A stretch of DNA of 63,938 nt, the filler included, from an uncultured bacterium (GTDB lineage Bacteria; Latescibacterota; UBA2968), in NCBI GenBank assembly GCA_964471275.1. It is 4 parts of 4 records of this genome, joined end to end, with 100 filler letters (N's around TTAATTAATTAA, not from the genome) between each part and the next. Parts side by side here need not be neighbours in the genome. Positions count along the whole stretch, not along the records: positions 1 to 18,374 come from CAYYGZ010000069.1; positions 18,475 to 36,801 come from CAYYGZ010000071.1; 2 more parts are not named here. One strand, given 5' to 3'. Of the stretch, positions 10,555 to 21,285 are shown piece after piece. Numbering within the stretch: position 1 is the stretch's first letter; every line of letters starts with the position of its first letter. Made by a program: the position numbers and the translations under genes. The notes beneath the pieces were generated by a model. The model had not been told where the DNA came from, did not search any database, and saw only the letters and a list, made by a program, of their open reading frames with translations.

Positions 10555-11147
10555 TGACTTTCACCCACGCCAATCGCCGAGTGCACCTCTATCTTGCTCT
10601 GGCTCTACTACCGTGGTTCTTTATCTACGGTTTCAGTTCGATCTACTTCACTCACGGACGCACGTTCAACGAGTGGTTCACAGCTGAGCAACCTGTCTGG
10701 ACAACCCGGGTCGAGAAATCCGTCGATCTGAACATCCCTACAGATGGAGATCTTCGATCGCTCGGCAAGCAGATCCTGTCGGACCTCGATCTCTCCGGCC
10801 CCTTCTACATCAGAAGACGCGATTTCGGTTTCCAGATCTACCGCGTCACCTTCCGCCATCATGTCCGGATCACCTACCAAACAGCGAGCCAAAGCCTCAA
10901 GGTCGAGGACAAGCGATTCACGTGGGATCACTTCTTCACAACGCTTCATGCACGAGGTGGCTTCCAGGAAGGCGAACTCCTCCACAACACGTGGTCGCTC
11001 ATCGTGGACATCGTCTGCGTGAGCATCCTGCTGTGGGTCGCCAGTGGTCTCGCCATGTGGTGGCAACTCACCGCGCAGCGAAAATGGGGGCTGCTCGCGT
11101 TGAGCGGAGGCATCGTGACCTTTATCACATTCTTGATTTCATTCTAG
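10554..11147 (+). CDS. PepSY-associated TM helix domain protein (paralog)
   Basis: ATG overlaps the upstream TGA (TGATG); [23 protein letters not shown]. Confidence 0.7.
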   Translation: MTFTHANRRVHLYLALALLPWFFIYGFSSIYFTHGRTFNEWFTAEQPVWTTRVEKSVDLNIPTDGDLRSLGKQILSDLDLSGPFYIRRRDFGFQIYRVTFRHHVRITYQTASQSLKVEDKRFTWDHFFTTLHARGGFQEGELLHNTWSLIVDIVCVSILLWVASGLAMWWQLTAQRKWGLLALSGGIVTFITFLISF

Positions 11148-11187
11148 GCACAGCACAACACCGAAGATCACAGCAAAGGAGAGAATC

Positions 11188-11643
11188 ATGGCTGCACCCG
11201 TTGTCGGTATCATCATGGGAAGTGCTTCTGACGATCCTACCATGCAGAAGGCTGCGGCGATCCTGGACGAACTCCAGATCGAGTACGATGTGACAGTCTG
11301 CTCCGCCCATCGCAATCCAGCACGAACGGCCGAATACGCGAGCACCGCAGAGGCAGAGGGCCGAAAAGTCATCATTGCCGGTGCCGGGTTAGCCGCCGCG
11401 CTACCGGGCGTCCTGGCCGCACACACCACACTCCCGATTATCGGCGTACCCTGTGCGTCGGGCGCCCTGAACGGACTCGACGCGCTCTATGCGATCGTCC
11501 AGATGCCTCCAGGTGTTCCTGTCGCGTGCGTCGGTATCGACAACGCCCGGAACGCCGCCTTCCTTGCTGCGCAGATCCTGGCACTCTCGGATGAAGGGAT
11601 TCATGCACGGTTAAGGGAACACAAGGAGAGCCAGGCGAAGTAA
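11188..11643 (+). CDS. purE: N5-carboxyaminoimidazole ribonucleotide mutase
   Basis: [33 protein letters not shown]. Confidence 0.97.
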   Translation: MAAPVVGIIMGSASDDPTMQKAAAILDELQIEYDVTVCSAHRNPARTAEYASTAEAEGRKVIIAGAGLAAALPGVLAAHTTLPIIGVPCASGALNGLDALYAIVQMPPGVPVACVGIDNARNAAFLAAQILALSDEGIHARLREHKESQAK

Positions 11644-11762
11644 GGTGTCGAAGGCCACTTCTGGAGGAAACTGGGTCACGTCCAGATCAAAGACAGAGGC
11701 ATCGCCGGTCAAGACGGCCGCGCGCCGTGCAGATTCGTAGGTTGGCCACCTTGCCCCCGCAC

Positions 11763-12537
11763 CTACTGTTCGGGCGCCAGAATGGCTCCGTAGTCCTCGA
11801 GCTTCCGTTGCAGATCCGACACCGATACTGACCTGACATCGCCGCTCCGGATCGCCAACGTTGCAGCCACGCCAGCCGCCTCCCCGAGTGCGAATCCGGG
11901 GTCCATTCTCCTCAGTGACAAGTGAGCCGTGTGATCGACCGATATCGGTCGACCCGTGACGATCAGGTTCCGGATAGTGTCGATCGTCAGACTCCGGTAG
12001 GGGATGCCGTAACTTTTTTTGAGCGTGCAATAATCACCACGCCCATCATCCTGCGAACCGTGCACGTCGACCAGGCAGGATGCGCGCGCAATGGTATCCT
12101 GGAAATCGGCGCCAGTCAGCACATCTTCCTGCGTCACCGTGTAGCGGCCGCGTATCCTGCGTGACTCCGGGATCCCGAGCGTCGGCGCCGGCTGCTACGT
12201 CGGCATCCCCGTGGCGTCGATGAACAGGTCGCCGCAGATCGTCCGAGGTCCGGATTTGGTTGCGACCCGAAGCGCGGTCAGCGTGTCACCCTCTCGCATC
12301 GTCTCCGCGATCGAGCACTCTCCTTCAGATACTCGGCATCGCACGTAGGGCCGTAGTGCGTCAGAGAAGTCATCGCGTTGGACTCCGAGTGGACATACCC
12401 TCAAGTATAGCCCGGCCTCTTCCACCAATGACGTAATTGCTGCGACATCCCTCCGAGGCAGCCGCAACGGCCGCCTCGGTTCCCGAGATGCCTCCTCCTG
12501 CGACAACGACATCGAACCGGTCTTCGCGATCCCTCAT
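11763..12537 (-). pseudogene. FAD-dependent oxidoreductase (FAD_oxidored-type), fragmented
   Basis: GGAGGAG RBS then MRDREDRFDVVVAGGGISG; later FIDATG and ESRRIRG..IPYRSL..GEAAG pieces in other frames; stops, frameshift and much shorter than an intact gene. Confidence 0.75.
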
Positions 12538-12702
12538 GGTAGAATCTCCTCCATTACATTGTCGACTCTTCGTACGGTTGATCCCCCTCCCGAACAGGTT
12601 GGCCGACTCGGAGACCTTGCGCTGGCGGTCACAACTAGAAGGATGCAGATATCCCGAGTTCTGTGCTTGTCAGATAGGCACTCAGGAAGACGGACGACTC
12701 GA

Positions 12703-13281
12703 TCAATCAACACCGGCGTGTGTGAGAATCTGCATCACAAACCGATAAGTCAGTCCCCAGAGTAGAGGCTTCTGCTCAAGACGCAAGTCGATCGCAGGGA
12801 ATGGTTTTCGGTCTCCTCTGATCTCGAACTCAGCCTCGACCCATCGATTCCGATCTGAGAGGCCTGACAGCGGGTAGGCAAAGACATCTTCGACCTCCTC
12901 ATTCAGCCGAAGATCAGGGACCGATTCGATCGAATAGGCGTGACAGGAGACGCAGACAGGAATTGTCGATCCCGTAATATCGTCGAGCTTGCCGAGGTAC
13001 GATCCTGCATCCAGATCCAACCCAACTTCTTCCCGCGTTTCTCTCTCGGCAGCGGCCCTCGCGTCCCTGTCTTCCGGTTCGATTCTACCGCCGGGGAAAG
13101 CGAGGTGGCCCGACCACGGATCGCCGTCGTGGGCGACCCGGTGGATAAACAGAACATGCGGATCCTCCGTGCAGGTGAGGATCGCGGCAACCGCTGCAGA
13201 GGGTGCTGATGCGGTCGTCGCCACGTCACCACGATTCTGGAGGGATCCTGTCAGTCGATCGAGCAGGTCGGGCATCATCAT
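12703..13281 (-). CDS. Nudix hydrolase, CoA pyrophosphatase (NudL-like)
   Basis: WSGHLAFPGG..AAERETREEVG Nudix box, LWGLT; ATG overlaps the dinB stop (ATGA). Confidence 0.85.
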   Translation of the reverse strand: MMMPDLLDRLTGSLQNRGDVATTASAPSAAVAAILTCTEDPHVLFIHRVAHDGDPWSGHLAFPGGRIEPEDRDARAAAERETREEVGLDLDAGSYLGKLDDITGSTIPVCVSCHAYSIESVPDLRLNEEVEDVFAYPLSGLSDRNRWVEAEFEIRGDRKPFPAIDLRLEQKPLLWGLTYRFVMQILTHAGVD

Positions 13282-14501
13282 AATACTTCCCCCTCCTCCT
13301 CGACGTCCGTCCGTCGCCCCATGGAATTGCTGTGCTCCCTCCCCCACCGGGTCTTGGATTCACCGAATCGATCACGCAGGTCGTCCAGTGCTTCCTGGCG
13401 TCTGTATTCGCGGTCTCCGGTCTGACTGAACAGTGACAGCTGTTGACCACCCGCCTCCAGGTTGGAGGTGCCCACACCCAGCAGTCGCACCGGCTGACCT
13501 GCTCGCCACGCCTTGTCGAAAAGCATCTTCGCAGCAGCGTAAACCCCCTGATCAAGATCGGTTGCGTCCGGAAGGGCCACCTGACGGGTGATCGTCCTGA
13601 AGTCTGTCCACCTTAGTTTGATCGTTACCGTCCGAGACACCAGCCCCTCATCTCGAAGCGATCGCCCGACACGCTGCGACAGCGACAAAAGTGTCGCGTG
13701 CAGACGCTCGCGATCCGCGACGTCCTCCGGGAATGTATTCTCACTGCTGATGGACTTGGCATCGTGACCTTCCGTCGAAACCGGCCGATCATCGATTCCC
13801 TGGGCAAACTGCTTTAGCCTCGGACCATACGAACCCAGCTTTGCCTCGAGGTCTTCTGATGACCAGTTCTGCAGATCCTCGAGCTTCTGGATTCCGGATC
13901 TTGCGAGTCGCTCTGCATACTTGGGACCGACTCCCCACATCGCACGAACCGGCAGTGGCGCAAGGAACGATGACTCCTGCCCTGCCGGAACAACCAGAAT
14001 CGCGTTTGGCCAGTAATCGGTGTCGACCGAATCCTTGCCTTGATTGGTCGCGATCTTCGCGACGAGCTTGCTGGTTGCACCGCCGAGAGAACAGGGCAGC
14101 CGCAGGTCATCGCGAATCATCGTCTGGATATCTCTCGCGATCTTCTCCGATTCTTCCGGTATATCGCTCACGTCGATAAAGGCTTCATCGATCGAGATCT
14201 GTTCGACATATGGCGTCAGGCTGTCGAGCTTCTTCATCACCTTCCGTGACAGTCGGCCATACCCGCCACCGTGTACTACGGGAATCAGATTCGGACACCT
14301 TCGCAGCGCTTGGGCCATGGGCATCGCGGATCGGACCCCGAACTTCCGGGCCGCATACGAACACGAGGAGACCACACCTCGGCCTTCGGGCGTTCCGCCG
14401 ACCGCGAATGGCTTTCCGTCGAGGCTGGGGTTCCGCAACACTTCGACGGCGCAGAAGAAAGCATCAAGATCGAGGTGCAGGATTTTCCGAGGTTTGGACA
14501 C
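13278..14501 (-). CDS. dinB: DNA polymerase IV
   Basis: HLDLDAFF, SYAARKFGVRSAMP, SIDEAF, WGVG HhH motif, VRLLGV. Confidence 0.95.
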   Translation of the reverse strand: MSKPRKILHLDLDAFFCAVEVLRNPSLDGKPFAVGGTPEGRGVVSSCSYAARKFGVRSAMPMAQALRRCPNLIPVVHGGGYGRLSRKVMKKLDSLTPYVEQISIDEAFIDVSDIPEESEKIARDIQTMIRDDLRLPCSLGGATSKLVAKIATNQGKDSVDTDYWPNAILVVPAGQESSFLAPLPVRAMWGVGPKYAERLARSGIQKLEDLQNWSSEDLEAKLGSYGPRLKQFAQGIDDRPVSTEGHDAKSISSENTFPEDVADRERLHATLLSLSQRVGRSLRDEGLVSRTVTIKLRWTDFRTITRQVALPDATDLDQGVYAAAKMLFDKAWRAGQPVRLLGVGTSNLEAGGQQLSLFSQTGDREYRRQEALDDLRDRFGESKTRWGREHSNSMGRRTDVEEEGEVL

Positions 14502-14742
14502 AACGACGACTCCAGAGGGTTGATTGGAATGTAGCCATACCCGATCGAGCAGGGAAGCTTCAACATCCCGACATTGACGATTTCACCTTGGGTGTTCATC
14601 CGCCGCCGTGACAAGGCTGGCGGACGAGTGAGCCCGATCCGCCCAGTACGTTCAGGATCGACAGACTATCCCGCACGCCCTTTAAAAACAACATGTTGCC
14701 GTCGACACATTCTCTTTGATGGTCCAGCCGGGATCTGGCACA

Positions 14743-15393
14743 ATGATTGCGAGGTATGGGGTAGACCTGCCATCGCTCACCCCGGCCCAACGAGAACCCT
14801 TGTTGAAGAACGGTAAACTACTCCTCGCCGCCGCATCGTTGCTCGCGATCAACCTGGCCATTTCATCGTACAGGACCCCGGTGCTATCCGAAGCGTCTCC
14901 TTCACTGCCCGATCTGGGATTCAGAGATCTATCGGGCAACAGGGCCAGACTCTCGGAGTATCCCGGGAAGATCGTGGTACTGAACTTCTGGGCGACGTGG
15001 TGTCCCCCGTGCCTGATGGAACTCCCTCATTTCCAGGAAGCATACGACGAGTTCGGGACCGAGAACGTTGTATTTCTCGGAGCATCTCTCGATGCAATGG
15101 AACCGTATCTGATGAAGCCAGAGGAGATCGCCGAGTTCGCGGAGGGCCGCGGCATCGGATACCCGATCGTCATAGCTGATAGCGCAGCACTCTAGGCAGT
15201 TGCGAAGGTCCAGGATATACGCACGGTCTCCCAAGGGATGGAAGACTCAGCCGTGGTGGAAGACGGCTCCCTCTCGGGGATTCCCACAACCTTCTTTATC
15301 ACACCTGAAGGCGTGATCCACCATAGGTATGTGGGATATATGCCGAAGGATTACCTGACCGGGCAGCTGGGCCTGCTTCTGAGCGACTCCTGA
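14743..15393 (+). pseudogene. TlpA/ResA-like thiol-disulfide oxidoreductase interrupted by an in-frame TAG at 15193-15195
   Basis: N-terminal TM, LNFWATWCPPC..E; the same frame continues past the TAG to GIPTTFFITPEG..RYVG and TGA 15391-15393. Start uncertain. Confidence 0.75.
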
Positions 15394-15563
15394 AACGTTT
15401 CGCCACCGCATCTCTGGTGGGTAGCCGAGATGGCAACTCCCGTCCGTGGCCAGCTCAAGTTGGGCCTCCCACACGACATCCGCTACAACTGCCGCACGCC
15501 ACCCGTACAATCCCGGCCGTTACCATAGACGGATGCTCGGAATCCGCGCTCACTCTCGTACAG

Positions 15564-15597
15564 AAAAAGGCGGGGGTGTGTTGCCACACTCCCGCCT
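15564..15597 (-). terminator. Rho-independent terminator after the transaldolase-family gene
   Basis: AGGCGGGAGTGTG-GCAA-CACACCCCCGCCT hairpin followed by TTTT on the minus strand. Confidence 0.8.
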
Positions 15598-15629
15598 CTC
15601 ATCTTCTGCACCAAGCTCAAGCCTCAGCG

Positions 15630-17549
15630 TTATCCCACTTCCTTCGCGAGACTCACGCACAGACTGGCGAATGCATCATAGGCCGCGCGGAACTCGCCGC
15701 CCGTCTTCTGAACGGACCCGAATCCGGGCCATTCACCGGGCTGCATACCGCGTGTCTGCCAGCTGCCGACATCAACGCCGACTTCGTCCTGCAGAAAGGC
15801 TTTGAGCTCGGGTGTGAGATCATAGCCTCGCTGATAGTCAGGCAGTTCGTAAAGCCGTTGTGAAACGCCAGGATCATACGTGTCGAGGATTGATTCCCTG
15901 AAGTCCGAAAGGTTGAAGCCGTCCTGCTCAGACACCATCTGAACCGCACGCTGGTGGTTCGGGAACTCGGTGTGAGTAAAGTTGGCTTCACCGAGGGCGT
16001 GGAGTGTGTCCTCCGGAATACGCTTCGACGCGGGAAGGACGTCCATCGAGGCCACGATCCACATCGCTTGCTCCTCCGAAACCCCATACTGCTTTTGCAG
16101 CCAGGCGACCCACTTCGGACGATTCTCGGGTGCAAAGAACACCCAGTAAACACGGCGTGCCACGAGAGTTCCCGACTTCTTGATATCGGCCTCCATCACG
16201 GCGACAGACTCGGCCGATTGCCCGGCAGCCTCGGCAGCCGCAATCACGTGTGGATTCTCGAGCGATGGCAGAAGCTTGAACGCGCAGATTACCTGTGCCC
16301 GCTCGGCGACCGAGCCCCCCGGATCGGCTGCGCCGTTGTCAGCCGCCAATGCGCCGAGAAGCTCCCCGCCCTTTGTCTCGCCCGCGGCCATAAAAATCCG
16401 CTCCGCTTCGACTTCGCGGAGGTGACTGGCAAACCGTCCGCCCATGTTCGTCTCGTAGGTCCGGACGACATCCTTGCCCGCGTTCGCGGCTGTGGCCTTG
16501 CCCTCGAACGCATCCATAATCAGCTGAACTTCCTGGGCTACCGTGTAGACAACCGTGTTGTTGCTGCCGATGCCGTCCGAGTTTAGAACGGTCGTAATCT
16601 CGCGTGCGGCCTCGTGGCTGGCAGCCACCTTGAACACGAGGTTCGGGGCCAGATTGCCTGAACGCTCACCCAGCCCAAGTGCCTTGTCATAGTTCGCCAA
16701 AAACTCACCCGCAACCTTGAAGGCGTTTCGAGCATCTTCGATACTCTCACCCGCGCGATCGTCGATATTCGGGTTGAGCTGGAAACTGACCATGTAGTCC
16801 TTCAGGGACGTATGCACGGCCAGGGGTCGGAAGATCGACAGGTTCGGCCAGAGTGCGATCAGGGTCGCAGCCATCGCGATCTCGTCCGCGTGCTCTTCCG
16901 GACTGGCCTTCCAGTCACTATGCTCGGCAATCTCTTCTTTCAGTATCTCTGACAGACCCGGATCTTCGTCAAATGCCTTGGCGGCAAGAACCGGGTTGGT
17001 CGAAACCTGGCAGAAGCCGTAGTGGCGGAGATACTCCAGACCGCGGGCAAAATCGTTTCCGAACTTGCAGTAATTCTCGCCGATCATATCCCAGTAGACG
17101 CCGCTCCGCATCTCTCCCTTGAGCCCTTTGAGGAAAGACCTGCCGGGGTCACCCGCGTCGAGCTTACCTTCGATCCGTTCCGCCAGAAGACCAGACAGGC
17201 TGTCCTGCGCGTTGACCGACTTCATATCCGCCAGAAATTCGTCGACAATGCTCTTCATCGTACCAGCATCTGTCGCCGCGGCCGCGGTCAGAACCTTACC
17301 CAGTGCTGCTTCGGCCTCATCGGCGCCGTAGCCGACGATCTCGGCATCGCGACCGGCGAAATTCATGCCGAGTCGAATCAATGTCCGACATACTTCTGCG
17401 GCGTTCCCGTCGCTCGTCACCGCGGCAATCAGTTCATCCACACGACTTACAAGACTGCCCGGATCCGGATCAATCAACACCCGGTCCGCCACAGCGAGAC
17501 TCTGACCAGCTGCCAGTGCCTCAGTTATACCACCCGTTTCGATCGCCAT
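15630..17549 (-). CDS. Transaldolase-family protein, unusually long (639 aa)
   Basis: STNP, VSFQLNP, LVFKVAA (Schiff-base Lys position), GIGSNNTVVYTVAQ and NMGGR align with transaldolase motifs; GGAGGG RBS. Confidence 0.75.
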   Translation of the reverse strand: MAIETGGITEALAAGQSLAVADRVLIDPDPGSLVSRVDELIAAVTSDGNAAEVCRTLIRLGMNFAGRDAEIVGYGADEAEAALGKVLTAAAATDAGTMKSIVDEFLADMKSVNAQDSLSGLLAERIEGKLDAGDPGRSFLKGLKGEMRSGVYWDMIGENYCKFGNDFARGLEYLRHYGFCQVSTNPVLAAKAFDEDPGLSEILKEEIAEHSDWKASPEEHADEIAMAATLIALWPNLSIFRPLAVHTSLKDYMVSFQLNPNIDDRAGESIEDARNAFKVAGEFLANYDKALGLGERSGNLAPNLVFKVAASHEAAREITTVLNSDGIGSNNTVVYTVAQEVQLIMDAFEGKATAANAGKDVVRTYETNMGGRFASHLREVEAERIFMAAGETKGGELLGALAADNGAADPGGSVAERAQVICAFKLLPSLENPHVIAAAEAAGQSAESVAVMEADIKKSGTLVARRVYWVFFAPENRPKWVAWLQKQYGVSEEQAMWIVASMDVLPASKRIPEDTLHALGEANFTHTEFPNHQRAVQMVSEQDGFNLSDFRESILDTYDPGVSQRLYELPDYQRGYDLTPELKAFLQDEVGVDVGSWQTRGMQPGEWPGFGSVQKTGGEFRAAYDAFASLCVSLAKEVG

Positions 17550-17699
17550 TTATCCCTCCGTTTTACGACACGAATTTGCTCGGCGCGATTCACACCGTCT
17601 CGTTCGGTCAAGCGTCTCTCAGATTGTCAAAACGAGAGCCAGGCAGTCCAGCCACCTGGCTCTAAATTCAATATACCAAAGTTAGACGCCCTCTCGCAA

Positions 17700-18374
17700 T
17701 CAGCTGATCCCGAGCACGTCCCGCATGTTGTATATCCCGGGTTCCGCTGCCATCGCGAACCGGATTGCCCGAACAACACCGACGGCGAACGTGTCTCTGC
17801 TCTGAGCGCGATGTACGATCTGGACGGTCTCTCCGATGCCGCCGAATGTGACCGTGTGTTCGCCCACGATGTCGCCGGCTCGCAGGGCGTGAATACCGAT
17901 CTCCTCCTGTGTACGCGCTCCCGTGTCGCCGTGGCGTCCATAAACGCCGACCTTCTGAAGATCTCGCTCAAGTCCGCGTGCGGCCGATTCCGCCAGCGAC
18001 AGGGCCGTCCCACTCGGTGCATCGGCCTTGAAGCGGTGATGCGCTTCAACAACCTCAACATCGTAGTCGTTGCCCAGAATCCGGGCGGCATCTTCGACAA
18101 GCTTCGTCAGGACAGTCACACCAACGCTGAAGTTCGGAGCAAAGACGCAGGCTACATTCTCGAGAGCGGATGTCATCTCGTCCGACTGCGCAGGACTCAA
18201 ACCGGTTGTTCCAACGATCATCGGCTTGCCGGCTGCCCCGGCGATTTCGGCAGCTGCGATCGTCCCGTCCGGCGGTGCAGTGAATGCCACAACCACGTCC
18301 GTCCCGCCGATGATTGTCTCCAGACTGTCGACGACGTGGTGTCCAGATTTCCCAATGCCGATCAGCTCGCCCAT
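17700..18374 (-). CDS. dapB: 4-hydroxy-tetrahydrodipicolinate reductase (5' end lost at contig edge)
   Basis: VGTTG, APNFSVG, EAHHRFKADAPSGTA, RAGDIVGEH, HRAQSR. Confidence 0.95.
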   Translation of the reverse strand: MGELIGIGKSGHHVVDSLETIIGGTDVVVAFTAPPDGTIAAAEIAGAAGKPMIVGTTGLSPAQSDEMTSALENVACVFAPNFSVGVTVLTKLVEDAARILGNDYDVEVVEAHHRFKADAPSGTALSLAESAARGLERDLQKVGVYGRHGDTGARTQEEIGIHALRAGDIVGEHTVTFGGIGETVQIVHRAQSRDTFAVGVVRAIRFAMAAEPGIYNMRDVLGIS

Positions 18375-18474
18375 NNNNNNNNNNNNNNNNNNNNNNNNNN
18401 NNNNNNNNNNNNNNNNNNTTAATTAATTAANNNNNNNNNNNNNNNNNNNNNNNNNNNNNNNNNNNNNNNNNNNN
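18375..18474. other. Artificial contig linker
   Basis: 100 nt of N flanking TTAATTAATTAA (stops in all six frames). Confidence 0.97.
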
Positions 18475-18631
18475 GTATGCTCAAAGTGCACTCTCGTTTC
18501 GTGTGTGATCTTTGGTGCGGTTCTCGCGTATCATATATCATCCGACTCGAAGGAGCGGGACAGCCGAATAATACAACAATTATCGCTCGAGGTCCTATCT
18601 CCCGAGCGATCGTCGAAAGAGAGTCTTATCG

Positions 18632-20031
18632 ATGGCAAAGATACTGATCTGTTTTGTAATCATGATGTCAACTCCAGCCTTCACGCCAGCACAGATTTCG
18701 AATGCGCAGGGCAGTATGGCGGGGGAAGTGACGCACGATTCTGTTATTCTGCAAACACGAATGACGTGGTTGGGGCCGACGGTGTCTGCCGGTTCGAGGT
18801 TTCGAGCTCGGATGATTTCCACTCGCCGATCGTGACGGACTGGCTCAATGCGCGTTCCGAGTATGACTACATCATCAAGGCGGTTGTGGATGGTTTGATG
18901 CCCGGGACACGCTATTTCTACCGTCCGATCTACGGGCAGGATACGTCCCGCGTCGTGAATGGCAATGCCGGAACATTTCGCACGAGCGATCCGCAGGGTA
19001 CGCTGCCGGTCAAGATCACCGTTGTGACTGGAATGAATTACAACAAATTCCACTTTGGTGCACGCAATGCGATCGCCTACGCCGGCGATGACAAGGATCT
19101 GGGCTATCCTGCGCTCGACGCCATCCGGGAGATGAAGCCGACGTACTTTGTCGGTACGGGCGACAATGTTTACTACGACCATCCCAGAGAACCGGCTGCC
19201 AAGACAGTTTCCGAGATGCGTCAGAAATGGCACGAACAGTTCGTGCAGCCGCGATTCGTCTCACTGTTCGCCGAGGTGTCGACTTTCTGGGAAAAGGACG
19301 ATCACGACCATCGGTATGATGACTCAGACCGAAGCGGCAATCGGCTCCCGAAACATGAGATCGGTGTGGAGATCTTCCGAGAACAGGTACCAATTGTCGA
19401 TCCCGCGGACCCGTCTGCGTTGACCTACCGAACTCATCGCATCAGCAAGCACCTGCAGGTCTGGTTCCCCGAAGGGCGGGACTATCGAAGCGACAACAAG
19501 ACGCCGGACGGACCGGACAAGACGATCTGGGGTGCCGAACAGATGGCGTGGTTCAAGCGAACCCTTCTGGGGAGCGATGCTACATTCAAGATCATGATCT
19601 CGGCGACGCCGATGGTTGGGCCGGATGACGCCAGGAAGAGCGACAACCACGTGAATCAGAAGGGCTTCAGGCAGGAAGGAGATGCCATCTTCGTGTGGCT
19701 GAAGGAGAACGGGTTCCTGGAGAAGAACTTCTACTTCGTGTGCGGTGATCGACACTGGCAGTATCACTCGCAGCATCCGAGCGGATTCGAGGAATTCTCG
19801 ACAGGAGCACTGGTGGATGCGAACGCGAGGCACGGGAGGAAGCCGGGAGATCCTGCGTCGACGGATCCGGATGGTGAGATCAAGCAGATCTACACGTATG
19901 ATGAGCCGACGGGTGGGTTTCTGATGGTGACGGTGGCGGGGAACGAAGATGGGGAAGGCGCGTTTGCGGATTTTTCGTTCTACGATGAGAAGGGGGAGAA
20001 GCTGTACGGGTCGGTGAAGAGGGAAAAATGA
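18632..20031 (+). pseudogene. PhoD-like (alkaline phosphatase D family) protein with a frameshift near 18760-18766
   Basis: Signal-peptide-like start and GEVTHDSVILQTR lie in the 18632 frame; catalytic motifs GDNVYYD, KDDHD, GRDYR, GDRHWQY lie in the 18505 frame. Confidence 0.7.
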
Positions 20032-20157
20032 CAAGTGACGAGAGGGATTTGGGATTGGCCATTTTCCAATGGCCATTAACCATTGGGGAGGCAAGAGCAG
20101 GTAGGGCATCCCGAGGAATCACGGGGAAGTTTGGTTCATCCTTCGATACGACGTCAC

Positions 20158-21120
20158 TCAGGAGGAACAGGGAGGCAAGGCCAAGCCTGTATCAGATTCA
20201 ACTTGTTTGAGAATCGTGAAATGCTCCTTGGGTAGAGGGATGCCTTCGATGGACCAGGTCTGTTCGCGTTGCCACTCGCGGGTTCCAGGGAGCTCGGCCG
20301 AGTCGGTTCCCGGGATAGGCCTCAGTTCGCGGGTCTGGCAGATGATGCGAGTGATCTCGGATTTGAAGATGTCTGGATCGCCGATTTTGGAAGGGTCGAT
20401 GGCGACGAAGAGGAAGCCTCTCGATGCGCCCGTGTAAGTGCGTTCTGTTTGCTCGCCGGAGGAGCCGGCGAGCATCCCGCCAAGCAACGTCGAAACAAAC
20501 TTGATCCCGAGGCTGGCGAAGACGGCTTTCGGATAATCCGGTAACGCGGATGCGGCGTGATCGGTGCCCTGGAAGAAGCTGGCGTTCATGTCGGCGACGA
20601 GCGGCGGACCCTCCGCCGAAGGAATCCCGAAACACATCGGCGGCGCTCGCATCGCGTCCCACACTGTTGCCTCCTCGGCCTTCGGTTTGCCCCAGTCGGC
20701 ACCCCCCGCCACGCCCCAGGATACCAGACCTCTCTGTATCGCACGTCTCGCGTAGATACCCGCACTACCCACGTGGCCGTGATTGCAGGTGGTGGCCAAC
20801 GCGATCCCGCTTTCGAGTGCCTTGTTGCACGCGGCATCAACGGCCCCTGCAGCGGCGAGGTAGCCCGCACCCCCGTCTCCGTCCAAACGGACTGTCGTCT
20901 CGGTCGCTCTCAGGATCTTGATGTCGGGATGGGTGTTGATCAGGCCGTCGCGGAATTCGGGGACGTAGCGCCGAAGCTGGCGGGTTCCGTGACTGACGAT
21001 ACCGCGCAGATCGACGTCAACGAGGCACCGGGCGATGAGCCGGGCATCTTCGGAGCGTACATCGAGGTGTTCGAGGACGCGGGTGGTCCAGTCTAATAGC
21101 TCGTCTGGATTTATTTTCAA
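20158..21120 (-). CDS. Ldh_2 (malate/L-lactate/diketogulonate dehydrogenase-like) oxidoreductase
   Basis: DLRGIVSHG, DGDGGAG, NHGHVGSAG, AIDP..LPG..E; TTG 21120 with GAGG RBS. Confidence 0.8.
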   Translation of the reverse strand: MKINPDELLDWTTRVLEHLDVRSEDARLIARCLVDVDLRGIVSHGTRQLRRYVPEFRDGLINTHPDIKILRATETTVRLDGDGGAGYLAAAGAVDAACNKALESGIALATTCNHGHVGSAGIYARRAIQRGLVSWGVAGGADWGKPKAEEATVWDAMRAPPMCFGIPSAEGPPLVADMNASFFQGTDHAASALPDYPKAVFASLGIKFVSTLLGGMLAGSSGEQTERTYTGASRGFLFVAIDPSKIGDPDIFKSEITRIICQTRELRPIPGTDSAELPGTREWQREQTWSIEGIPLPKEHFTILKQVESDTGLALPPCSS

Positions 21121-21285
21121 TGGTACCTCAAAGGCTTGGGAACTACCCCTCGACGGACTCGGGATCGGTTCTGAACACGGAGGGAGCGTTACAACAGGAT
21201 GCTCGCTAATCAACAAGGTGCGGATTGGAATGCGGTTCTGGTCCTCCTTTCCTATCCTTCGCGCCCTCCGTGACTATCTCTTGCT

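Noticed and set aside
14502..14742. Possible LexA box upstream of dinB
   Set aside because: No convincing match to known SOS-box motifs
18419..18430. TTAATTAATTAA palindrome occurring three times
   Set aside because: Synthetic linker embedded in Ns, not biological
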